This document shows positions 1-9,610 of a DNA stretch of 64,000 bases, one piece after another (the first letter of the stretch is position 1; every line of letters begins with the position of its first letter). The position numbers were made by a program, and so were the translations under genes. The notes under the pieces were generated by a model. It saw nothing but the letters and a program-made list of their open reading frames with translations. It was not told the DNA's origin and made no database searches. Source of the stretch: Veleropilina oligotropha (lineage: Eukaryota). Where the stretch lies: positions 1-64,000 of the forward strand of contig JBEUKZ010000085.1 in assembly GCA_048128005.1 (NCBI GenBank), written 5' to 3'.

Positions 1-1929
1 CTTCGGGGAGTCACCGAAACCTTGCCGGTACCCCAGATTCAGGTAAAGACCCGAGTGTCGACCGTTCCTCCTCAACTGGGCCTAGTAACTGCAGTCAGCC
101 ATACCTTGCCGGCTAGCAAGGTATACATGACATCGCAGCGAACAGCTGAACAGGGCAGACCATCCCCATCCTTTTCTTCGGCCTCGAAGAATAAGGGGAC
201 AGTTAGTCCTTCTGCGGGAAACTCTCCGTCTAGCGACGGGGACAGACCCAATGCAGAGAAAGCCTTTAAAGAGGCCGGGCACCTACTTGTAGGTCTAAGA
301 CTCGGACAATCGGCGAAACCTGAATCCTCGGTCGAGAACGATGCGACTACCCCTAGGGGTTTTCCGCTCAACCTCGAAGCTCACGAGACATTCAGAGGGC
401 CCGGTCTCTCCCGTGCACCCACCGTGGTCACGCTAGAGAACGTGGACAGACCGGCTGCGTTCGGGACGGGGTTCTACGGCGGTTTTCCGTCCGTGCCTCG
501 CTCGAGCAGAGTGGTAGACCGATCAGAACTGTTGCCGCAGTCCTATCGGTCGTCCGGCCCACTGACTGTGCCTTCGGGCCAGTCCTTCGGGTTCGACCCC
601 TCGACAAGTGCCCGTGGACCCTGGTCCTCGGTTCGACCTGTCAATGCAGCCCGTCTACCTAGCGCCACGGTTACCTCGACAGAACTACCGGCTGTTAGTT
701 CGTCGCCCGTCCTGCCTTCGGGTTTCTCTTTTGAGAACGTCCAGGCATGGATCGCGGCGGGGATCGAGGAACGGTGTAAGGCCTGGCCGACGGCTCCCGA
801 GCCGCACCAGGTACCTACACATCTGCCCATGGCGCAGAGCACGGCTCCTGCCTCAGTGATGGACATCGACCCTCGTTCCGACGAGGACCTCGGTTCCAAT
901 CACACCGACCTCCCTGAATCGGTCGGGCCCGAAGACATTAGTCTTACAGGCACGCAGGAGCCGACCTCCTCCACCCGCCGAAGGCTCGACGCCGTTGCGT
1001 CACTTCGCGGGGTGCTTGGCTTGTCGGAACCGACTCGGTCGGCTGTAGACGTAGCCAAGCATAGGACGGCAGCACATCGGTTTGTCAGTAGGGAAGCCCC
1101 CGAGCTCCCCTCCTTACCTCAGTCCGGGCTGGTAGATCTGGTTGTAGACTCGATCACCAAGCTCGTTCAGGGGCGCAATCCGGTGGAGTCCTCCCCGCTG
1201 AACGAGTTCCCTTCGGGGTTCCGTAGTGGGAGGTACCTCCGGGCCAGTACTCGAGCGATCCCGTTCGAATGCACTGGTCCGTGCCTGGCGACTGAGCCGG
1301 CTCGTGTTGACGCTTCGTTGCGTCGACTGACCGCCAGTCACACTCCCTCCGTAGCGAAAGTTCCTTGGTCCGCCTTGGAAGCTTTCGAGAGCGCCGCCCG
1401 ACGGGCTCTACGGCTATCGTCTGTTCAGGACTTTTTCTTGGACGGCGCGATAGCCGTACTACAGGAGAATGGACCCGGCGCCCCCGAGGCTGCCCTGTCC
1501 TTCCTCCAGGAGGTTGCTGCCGCGCAGGAGACCAGCGCGTTGGAGACGGGACGTGTCCTGGGCAATGCCCTCCTACTTCGTAGGGATGCTTGCCTGGAAG
1601 GTACCCCGCTGGACGAGCCCACCCGGCGCTCGTTGCGATGCGTACCTTGCTCGGCCACCACTCTCTTTGGTGACAACTTTTCGGAGTTTGTTGACAAGAG
1701 AGCGGCGGACATGAAGGACCGTGCCATCGAGAAGGCAGTACTGCTCCCCACCCGGGGTCCACCTGCCAACTCGAAGAAGCGCTCCGGGCCCACCCCGGCC
1801 CCGAAGCCTTCTAAGCGTGCGAAGCCCTCTTCGGGTGGTAGGCCTCCGGCCAATAAACCCACTCCAAAGAGGCAAGCACCTCCAGCGAAATCCCGCAAGC
1901 AGAGCGGGAGAGGGAAGCCTCGGCCCTAG
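1..1929 (+). CDS. DIRS1 gag-like ORF1 (frame open from position 1; true start upstream or at ATG 127)
   Basis: 635+ aa Ser/Pro-rich ORF. Its C-terminal half has NALLLRRDACL...LRCVP...LFG and a basic tail, which resembles DIRS1 Gag. It lies directly before pol. Confidence 0.8.
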   Translation, partial: LRGVTETLPVPQIQVKTRVSTVPPQLGLVTAVSHTLPASKVYMTSQRTAEQGRPSPSFSSASKNKGTVSPSAGNSPSSDGDRPNAEKAFKEAGHLLVGLRLGQSAKPESSVENDATTPRGFPLNLEAHETFRGPGLSRAPTVVTLENVDRPAAFGTGFYGGFPSVPRSSRVVDRSELLPQSYRSSGPLTVPSGQSFGFDPSTSARGPWSSVRPVNAARLPSATVTSTELPAVSSSPVLPSGFSFENVQAWIAAGIEERCKAWPTAPEPHQVPTHLPMAQSTAPASVMDIDPRSDEDLGSNHTDLPESVGPEDISLTGTQEPTSSTRRRLDAVASLRGVLGLSEPTRSAVDVAKHRTAAHRFVSREAPELPSLPQSGLVDLVVDSITKLVQGRNPVESSPLNEFPSGFRSGRYLRASTRAIPFECTGPCLATEPARVDASLRRLTASHTPSVAKVPWSALEAFESAARRALRLSSVQDFFLDGAIAVLQENGPGAPEAALSFLQEVAAAQETSALETGRVLGNALLLRRDACLEGTPLDEPTRRSLRCVPCSATTLFGDNFSEFVDKRAADMKDRAIEKAVLLPTRGPPANSKKRSGPTPAPKPSKRAKPSSGGRPPANKPTPKRQAPPAKSRKQSGRGKPRP

Positions 1930-4003
1930 GGCTGCCGGCATTCGCGACGGCCCCAGTTGCCCGCTCCCGCCGGTGGGAGCGTGCCTGTTAGCACACAGCC
2001 AGCCCTGGCTAGAGCTGACAGACAGCAACTGGGTCCACTTAGTCGTGAGTGCCGGATACAAGTTGGCATTCAACCGGCATCCGACCTTAACCGAGGCACC
2101 ACCAACAAGACACGCTCGACTCCTAAACGGAGAGAAACAAGCGGTCTTAGACCAGGCAGTGCGGGATTTGCTCCTAAAAAGAGCGATATATCCCGCGCCG
2201 CCCAGCACACCAGGATTTTACAGCCATTTCTTCCTGGTCCCGAAACCCGATGGCCGCTGGAGACCGATCCTCGATCTCTCGTACCTAAACCGATATCTTC
2301 GTACCGAGAAATTCCAGCAAGAAACCCTCTCGAAGATTCGAGCGGCCATCCGTCCGGGCGACTGGGCAGCGTCTATCGATCTCGCCGACGCGTATCTGCA
2401 TGTCCCGATGCATGTCACGGCTCATCAGTACCTTCGGTTTATACACGGGGAGACGATCTACCAATTCAGGTGCCTACCGTTCGGTCTATCGTCAGCCCCG
2501 TACGTCTTCACGAGAACAGTACAGGCCCTAGGGGCCTTCCTACACTCTCTAGGGCACAGGGTACATATGTACCTCGACGACTGGCTGATCCTCGGGGCGT
2601 CCCGGGATCTGTGCCTCCGGTCTACGAGCTTTACCCTGTCATCGACGAAGCGCCTGGGATTTCAGATCAACGAGACAAAATCCTGCTTCGTGCCCTCGAC
2701 GACGTTTACGTTCCTCGGAGTCGACTTCGATACGGTCCGGTACACCGCGAAGCCGACCCAGAAGCGTATGCGGAACCTACGCGCGGTTATCCAAGACACC
2801 CTGTCATCGGACATAACTACGGCGCGACAACTGGCCACTGTCCTGGGGCACATCGAGTCGGTAGCGCCCCTGCTACCGACGGGTCGCATGGACAAAAGAC
2901 CGTTACAACAGGCGTTCAGGGATCGCTGGATACAACGGACGGGGCAGTGGACGGATCGCATCGATCTACGGCATTGGTTTACCGACACGACAGCAGTGTG
3001 GTTGAACCCCGCTTTGCCGGACCAGTCGGTTCCTATATCCCCACCAGAGCCGAACGCTTACCTGTTCACAGACGCTTCGAACGACGGCTGGGGTGGTCAC
3101 CTCGACAGTTACGAGACATCAGGCCTATGGCCGACAGACCTTCAGGGACGACATATCAACTTCCTAGAGTTAGAAGCCGTCTTCCTGTCAGTACGGTCCC
3201 TCTCGTTACATCTCCGCAACAAGCATATAATGCTCGCCACGGACAACACGACTGTCGTCGCTTACATACAGCACCAGGGCGGTACTCGCTCGCGTCCCCT
3301 ATGCGACCGAGCAATAGACCTACACCGCTTAGTGATGTCCCTCAACTCGACGATTCGAGCCCGACACATCCCGGGAAAGCTGAATGTCAGAGCGGATTCG
3401 CTCTCTCGGAAATCACAGATAATACACACAGAGTGGACGCTACACAGCCGAGTAGCTCGGGATGTTTGCCGCCGGTGGTCGCAACCCCAAGTCGATTTGT
3501 TTGCAACAGAATTCAATTACCGACTACCTCTGTATGTCTCCCCGTACCCAGACCCGGCCGCCCTAGCGGTCGACGCAATGTCAATGACATGGGAGAATCT
3601 GTCCGCGTATGCCTTCCCCCCGACGTGCATTCTATCACTGGTATTACAGAAGGCAGCGACCGAACATTGCGAGATAACGCTAATAGCGCCCCTGTATCGC
3701 ACGCAACCTTGGTTTCCGACCCTCCTCGATCTGATCGTCGATCGACCGTTAGCGTTACCGCAGAAACTAGACCTGTTAATGCAACCACGCACCCGTGTAC
3801 TCCACGAGTCGCCGAACCACTTACGTTTACACGCCTGGCGGTTATCGAACGATCCCTTGCTAAGAAAGGATTTTCTAAAGCTACAGCCTTACGTATCTAT
3901 CGATCGAGAAGGATTTCCACGACAAAAGTCTATGACTACCGATGGGTTAAGTACGTGGATTGGTGTCACAGCAGGCAGGTCAATATACTCCGTCCCCCTG
4001 TGA
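1721..4003 (+). CDS. DIRS1 pol: reverse transcriptase + RNase H + Dam-like methyltransferase domain
   Basis: RT motifs WRPILDL, IDLADAYLHVP, LPFGLSSAP, YLDDWLI; RNase H motifs FTDASNDGWG, HINFLELEAV, TDNTTVV, NVRADSLSR; MT-like DLFAT...YAFPP...PWF. Homology starts near PVGACL (~1970). Confidence 0.95.
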   Translation: MPSRRQYCSPPGVHLPTRRSAPGPPRPRSLLSVRSPLRVVGLRPINPLQRGKHLQRNPASRAGEGSLGPRAAGIRDGPSCPLPPVGACLLAHSQPWLELTDSNWVHLVVSAGYKLAFNRHPTLTEAPPTRHARLLNGEKQAVLDQAVRDLLLKRAIYPAPPSTPGFYSHFFLVPKPDGRWRPILDLSYLNRYLRTEKFQQETLSKIRAAIRPGDWAASIDLADAYLHVPMHVTAHQYLRFIHGETIYQFRCLPFGLSSAPYVFTRTVQALGAFLHSLGHRVHMYLDDWLILGASRDLCLRSTSFTLSSTKRLGFQINETKSCFVPSTTFTFLGVDFDTVRYTAKPTQKRMRNLRAVIQDTLSSDITTARQLATVLGHIESVAPLLPTGRMDKRPLQQAFRDRWIQRTGQWTDRIDLRHWFTDTTAVWLNPALPDQSVPISPPEPNAYLFTDASNDGWGGHLDSYETSGLWPTDLQGRHINFLELEAVFLSVRSLSLHLRNKHIMLATDNTTVVAYIQHQGGTRSRPLCDRAIDLHRLVMSLNSTIRARHIPGKLNVRADSLSRKSQIIHTEWTLHSRVARDVCRRWSQPQVDLFATEFNYRLPLYVSPYPDPAALAVDAMSMTWENLSAYAFPPTCILSLVLQKAATEHCEITLIAPLYRTQPWFPTLLDLIVDRPLALPQKLDLLMQPRTRVLHESPNHLRLHAWRLSNDPLLRKDFLKLQPYVSIDREGFPRQKSMTTDGLSTWIGVTAGRSIYSVPL

Positions 4004-4914
4004 ACAAGTTTATCGAGTTTTTATCGTCGCTCTTCGACCGCGGTATGTCAGTGTCCGCCGTCAAAGGCTATCGGGCAACGATCGCGACCACGCTAAAGCA
4101 GTGTCGTGCCCATGCTGGCCTATCAAGCGACCGAACGATATCAGATTTTATACGATCTTACGAACTCGAGATACCGACCCGAAAAATTAAGCCACCTGCT
4201 TGGAATATCGTACTTATTCTTAACGCATTACTCTTACCCCCGTATGAGCCGATGTCCGAGATAACCATGAGGAACTTGACGCACAAAACGGTTTTTCTGA
4301 TCGCCTTAGCGTCGGGCAGGCGTTGTTCCGAGATTCATGCTTTCTCCTCCGAGCTAAGAGATATACGATTCCAGTCAGACGGGTCGGTGATACTGCGTCC
4401 TATTCTTGGCTTTCTAGCCAAGAACCAACGGCCGAACGAGGACGCACCCGATGTTGTTATTCCCAAGCTAACGCTAGTCGGACGGCACGATGCAGACCGC
4501 CTCAATTGCCCGGTACGGGCGCTTCGCTTCTACCTAGACAGAACCCGTGAAATGCGGACAGGGAAATTACGTTTATTCGTATCGTATTTGCCTACTTACA
4601 CCCGCGACATTACGAGGACAACTGTTTCGCGGTGGATTTCACAAACTGTGAGAGATGTTTACATCCGTTGTGATGACGACGACCGAACTATTTTATCGGT
4701 CCGCGCACATGAAGTCCGGGCAATTGCCGCGTCTGTAGCATTCCGACATAATTTAAATATCAATGCGTTACTTCAGGCTGGATACTGGAAAAACGCTAAT
4801 GTGTTTGTCAAACATTATCTGCGGGACTACTCAACAAGTGCTGATGGCCTGAGCAGCTTACAGTGTGTTGCTGCACAAAGGGTTATTGTTAGACCGAGGT
4901 CTTCTAATCAGTAA
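1957..4914 (+). CDS. DIRS1 tyrosine recombinase ORF (recognisable YR domains from ~3850)
   Basis: Catalytic motifs LASGRRCSEI, AKNQ, CPVRAL, RAHEVRAIA, GYW, FVKHY. The ORF overlaps pol in another frame for ~2 kb. Confidence 0.95.
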   Translation: MPAPAGGSVPVSTQPALARADRQQLGPLSRECRIQVGIQPASDLNRGTTNKTRSTPKRRETSGLRPGSAGFAPKKSDISRAAQHTRILQPFLPGPETRWPLETDPRSLVPKPISSYREIPARNPLEDSSGHPSGRLGSVYRSRRRVSACPDACHGSSVPSVYTRGDDLPIQVPTVRSIVSPVRLHENSTGPRGLPTLSRAQGTYVPRRLADPRGVPGSVPPVYELYPVIDEAPGISDQRDKILLRALDDVYVPRSRLRYGPVHREADPEAYAEPTRGYPRHPVIGHNYGATTGHCPGAHRVGSAPATDGSHGQKTVTTGVQGSLDTTDGAVDGSHRSTALVYRHDSSVVEPRFAGPVGSYIPTRAERLPVHRRFERRLGWSPRQLRDIRPMADRPSGTTYQLPRVRSRLPVSTVPLVTSPQQAYNARHGQHDCRRLHTAPGRYSLASPMRPSNRPTPLSDVPQLDDSSPTHPGKAECQSGFALSEITDNTHRVDATQPSSSGCLPPVVATPSRFVCNRIQLPTTSVCLPVPRPGRPSGRRNVNDMGESVRVCLPPDVHSITGITEGSDRTLRDNANSAPVSHATLVSDPPRSDRRSTVSVTAETRPVNATTHPCTPRVAEPLTFTRLAVIERSLAKKGFSKATALRIYRSRRISTTKVYDYRWVKYVDWCHSRQVNILRPPVNKFIEFLSSLFDRGMSVSAVKGYRATIATTLKQCRAHAGLSSDRTISDFIRSYELEIPTRKIKPPAWNIVLILNALLLPPYEPMSEITMRNLTHKTVFLIALASGRRCSEIHAFSSELRDIRFQSDGSVILRPILGFLAKNQRPNEDAPDVVIPKLTLVGRHDADRLNCPVRALRFYLDRTREMRTGKLRLFVSYLPTYTRDITRTTVSRWISQTVRDVYIRCDDDDRTILSVRAHEVRAIAASVAFRHNLNINALLQAGYWKNANVFVKHYLRDYSTSADGLSSLQCVAAQRVIVRPRSSNQ

Positions 4915-5749
4915 GTATTGTTCTCTGATTGATCATTTGCATATTTACTGACGCCATTTTATTTTTGTTGGCCAAACGGTGCTACGAAAATTAACACCTA
5001 TGAGGCAGTTCAATGTCTGTTCATTTCTTAAATCTAATTTAAGATTTTGTACTTTTCATGTCAGACCTGAGTGTTGACAGCCAGATTACATTGAATTTAA
5101 TAAAACAACTTTTATAATTTTGCACAAATCTTAAAAAGATTGAGGTTCAATATTATTATGTTCTTTGCTGTAATCGAACATACGATGTTCAATACATTTA
5201 AAAAATGTTGATTCCTTAACATTTATTTTTAAGTAACATGTCGAACATTTTTGCTTCCTTAAAATTTATTTTAAGTGACATGTCGTCCATGTTAGCGTTC
5301 GCAAGTTGGTCATGCGAATTACTTATTAATATCGATTATTTATAATAATCTATTAATTCTTTGCTTTTGATTTAAAGCTTTCACAACCTGTTAGGTTCCG
5401 TGTGCTTACAAATCCGACTGCATCCTCTGGCTACCGGCCTATAGGCCCGGAGTCCCATTTGGCTGCCACTGGTCCATGACACGTAAGACCTACAGGGATT
5501 TATCCTTCCGGCCGTGCCTGGGGCTGATTGCACTTCCGTTCACCTCGTCCGACTAATACCACGGCATATTCTCCCGGTAACACTGGTCGAAATTCTCGCT
5601 TGGTAAGAGTAGAATATAATACTCAGTAAAATTCCACTCTAGGCGGACACAATCGACGCTTCATGCTGATTGAATTGGTGACAAGTAAGTCATTATCTTG
5701 TTTGGGTTTGTTGTAAGGAACGTCTTACCCACCTATCCAAGGTTATTCT

Positions 5750-6150
5750 GGCAAGAGTAAGGACGTAAGTATGTTTGTAACTATATATGAGGTTTTAATG
5801 TAAACCTAATATTAGTATAAAACATACTTACGTCCTTACCACGATTACCCACCCTGCGTTTCGCATTCCTCCCCTCTACTACGTTCCTTTGTGGTTTTTG
5901 AACTTTGAATTGATGTCATGTGACTTCTATGGTTCAGAAGTCTCGCGAGACTTGGCGAGGTCTCGCGGGGGAACGTGGGGGAGGAGGAGCAGGGGAGGTA
6001 ACCGTGGTACGTTTTTGCGTCTTTGACTTATTAATAGTGCATAATGTGACTTATTCACTGTTTCCGGTTTGGCAATAATATTACTATTATGGCAAGAGTA
6101 AGGACGTAAGTATGTTTTATACTAATATTAGGTTTACATTAAAACCTCAT
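5750..6150 (+). repeat. DIRS1 internal complementary region (ICR) and right terminal repeat/extension
   Basis: 5787-5839 is the exact reverse complement of 6098-6150 (53 bp). GGCAAGAGTAAGGACGTAAGTATGTTT is repeated directly at 5750 and 6091. 5757-5776 is inverted with 5820-5839. Confidence 0.9.
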
Positions 6151-6250
6151 TTTTGACTTATAGATCGGATCACTGTCACACTGTGACAACATCACTGAGA
6201 ACGGGTAACCTAGGTTACCACTTGCACTAGCTAGTGCAAGTTAAACATTT

Positions 6251-6341
6251 ATTGTCCCCCGCCGCGAGGCGGACGGGGGACATAGTATTCACGTCCGTCC
6301 GTCCTTCCGTCCGTCTGTCCGTCCTTCCGTCCGTCCGCTCT
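6251..6341 (+). mobile_element. 5' part of a HINE/Helentron-associated non-autonomous element (interrupted)
   Basis: ATTGTCCCCCGCC subterminal IR, partner GGGGGACA at ~6275, then a (GTCC)n microsatellite that stops abruptly at ~6337. Confidence 0.8.
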
Positions 6342-8553
6342 TACCACAGTTACATTGTGGGGTTAAATGTACGATAAATCAGTCCTTGTGGGGTTAAACC
6401 AACCTTATGGGGTTAACCCCACAAATTCATTTTTTTTTTGGTATAAAATCGTTCTGTGGGGTTATTTAATCATTTGAGACAGCTAACCCCAGAAGTATAT
6501 GTCCATACCCTAATTTGTCCATCCTGTAGGTTGTCCATGTTTGCATTGGACAATACTGCGTTTCCTACATATACAGTTCGGTAATTACATCAGTTCGGCC
6601 GATTACAGTTCAACAGAATGAAGATATCGCGATTTGATTGGTTGAAAATCATGGAAACTTTAGTTCGGTCGATAACAGTTCAGCAGATACCGCATGAAGG
6701 CGTTTTGCTTGGTTGAAAATCAAGAAAAATGGTCGCACATGCGCATTAGTTACACTCGTCTGCAAGCACGATGGAGTAAATGCGGGAATTGGCTTGAGAA
6801 TAGGTAAGCAATCAGTTATTTAGTTAACATTATTTAGATAGCATTTACTTTAAATGTATAAATATAAATGTTATAGAATCAGTACTCATTTAAGTATTTT
6901 TGAAGCAACGTTTAAGAGTAATTTCGAATCGGATATATTCAAATTATTTCCCTTTATACTATAGACGGTGAATCTGATGTTTGCTGCAAATTTTTTACTT
7001 TTAGTTATTACGTTACTGTGGGACTTGCAATAAAAAAATAAGCGTTTCACGCTTTTCTTAGTAACATGGGTCGCTCCTTTGGTGACCAAACCAATTCATT
7101 CAGTCACGTTTCGTCGTAATTCATGTTTTAAATTTCAAAGATGGCGGCCCTTTCGCATGCGGTCTAGTATCAATACGATATGTAGACAACAGACTGGTTA
7201 ATGATGAGTAATGATCTGTACACGGGCTAGTATGGTGGGTTCGTATAATAATTATTGTAATGTACTGCCATAATTAATAGAGACAATACGGTCGTAGGTT
7301 GGCCTTTCTGTGACTCGCAACGTATCAGTAAGTGAAGATGTCTGGAATGATCACGTGACGTCTAGTAAAGTCAGCTGTCGTTTGAGAAAGGAAATAATTT
7401 AAATAACAAAGAATTATTGTTTGTTTTAGTTATTACTTGCCTGTATCTGTAAAAGTAAAATAGTTAAACCTCTTGTGTGTACAAATTTATACCATTTAAA
7501 ATATGTATTTCACTATCAATTAAGTTCGTTTTAATATCCAGTTGAATCATTATAATAATAATAATAATAATAAAATCTTTATTTTACGAGGTAGAACAGT
7601 TGGCGGCAACACCAATCTTCCCTGTGTCCCTCCTAATTACTATAAAACATATATACAGACTAATATATCGTCAAATACATGCGCAAATACATCGTCAAAT
7701 ACATGTCGGACATTTTTGTTGTGATGTATTTTTTAAAAGATTTGTCATAAGAATTATTTCACAAGAGATGAATAGATTGAAATATATTAAAAACCATTTA
7801 TAATATGTAACAATATAATTATTTATCCCAGTATTAAACATTATTTGAAAAGTCGCTTATGAAAACAAATTATCTCCCTTTGGCGATATTGCTTCCTTTT
7901 TGATAAAACGTATTTTGAGCAAGCTATTTTATTCCAATGACTTTATCTTATAAATAATAACATGAATATATAAATACTGTTAATTAAATTCATTTTAAAC
8001 ACCTTAAACTAAGTTAATCAATATTTTAAACAATTCAAATACTTCAAGAAATCTTATTTGTTTACATTGAAGTGACAAGTCCAGTGTTGAATATTTTTTT
8101 ATTTTCAAAATTGATATGCTATGTTATTTGTAATGCCAGTATGTTGCATGGCGATGTCACAGTCTCTTCATCCACATAATGTGGCATCTCCTTCTTCAAT
8201 ATACATCTACAATCTAATCGAAATTTCAGGACAAGTAGATTTTTTGTCAGGACAAGTAGATTTTTTGTCAGGACAAGTGACATTATATATCTAAATGTCC
8301 TGCGGGCAAGTAACATTTAAAAGATTTTTTGACCCCTGCCATTATTTAATTAACAATGTCTTTCGATAACCTTTTAATGATTGCTTATTAACGATGTCAC
8401 CATGTAGGCATATCAATTGAATTTTCACCTTAATTAAATAGTGGCACATTTTCACAACTCTTCACCCACTTCACAGCTCTCATTTGTTCTTTAACAATTA
8501 CCATCTTATGATAAAATATGTTGAAATGTATTTGAATGCTTTAACAGGTTTAA

Positions 8554-9555
8554 CCCTTAATCGACAAAACCCGACTTTCCCGACTTTCTACAACACCTAT
8601 ATCTCAATGCTTAAAACTTCGTAAATATTCGGAAATCTTCGGATATTTTCGGGTCATTTCGTTCGTGAATGATCGGGCTACATCCTGGTGCTTTTAAATC
8701 CACAATGGCGGCAGGTTAGGTATAGTTAATCGATGTTTGAAATAAAGTTTGAAGGCTTGAAAGTGGCCATTTTTCATCGGATTTTTTGCTTTTGATAAAC
8801 GACATGTGTTTTTACATTTAGTTTGAATTATTTGTAATGGAATATGATTAACTTGTGGCCTAAAAGGCGGATTTTGAACTCTGAAGTGACAATTGATATT
8901 TGCGGCTTTGACATTTCTGAATCTGACACTTTTGAGGATGATATAGAGAATTGAAATGGAGATTATGAATGGTATGATCTATCGGTGGACTATTCTTGTA
9001 CTTGGTTTTATTTAATTATTAACAATAATAAATCATATAGGCCTAATGGTTAAATGTAGCTGTTAATGGTATAAATTTTATATTTGATATAATGTACGTT
9101 TGTAGCAAGGCCTATTTCACATTGCTGTGTTGAGTTTCTTCATACACCTGCAGGATATTTTTTTCAAAATCAGACATGAAGACATCATATTGACATAAGA
9201 TATTCTTTATTATTATACACCAATATATATTACAAACACAAAGAATACATCAACATGAATCTAAAAAATATAACATACATATATATGTAAAGCATTTGTT
9301 GATCAAATATTTTCTGAATTGACATGTATAGTGAATATTCCCAAAATACCTGAGAATAAAAGGTAAAAGTGATCAATTATGCAAATTTTTTACTCTACAA
9401 ACAAATTTCAAAGCACTATTATATAGCCTATTCAATTATCTTTCAGAAAATATATAAGTATATGTGCTTGCAAGCAATATTTTATATGGTATAGTACATT
9501 ATCCATGACAAGCTATATACCTCACATTCCGTAAAATTTGGCTGGCGGTTAAGGG
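8554..9555 (+). mobile_element. piggyBac-type non-autonomous element
   Basis: TTAA on both sides (8550-8553, 9556-9559); termini CCCTTAATCGACA / TGGCGGTTAAGGG (11/13 inverted match). Confidence 0.8.
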
Positions 9556-9610
9556 TTAAAAGTGGTTATACATGCAGATAACTGAATTAGTAAATTCTGT
9601 TTTTTTAGAA

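Larger units (their letters stand above)
1..6153 (+). mobile_element. DIRS1-like tyrosine-recombinase retrotransposon (5' end outside window)
   Basis: GC-rich block with three long overlapping ORFs (gag, RT/RH/MT, YR), followed by an ICR (5750-5839) and right terminal repeat ending ...AAAACCTCATTTTT at ~6153. Confidence 0.95.

Noticed and set aside
72..3792. Short antisense ORFs within the DIRS element
   Set aside because: Expected in GC-rich coding sequence; no motifs.
7135..7333. AAGATGGCGGC (YY1-like motif) and GTAAGT donor as a possible promoter or 5' UTR exon of the YR gene
   Set aside because: Plausible by position, but the motifs are short and need transcript data.
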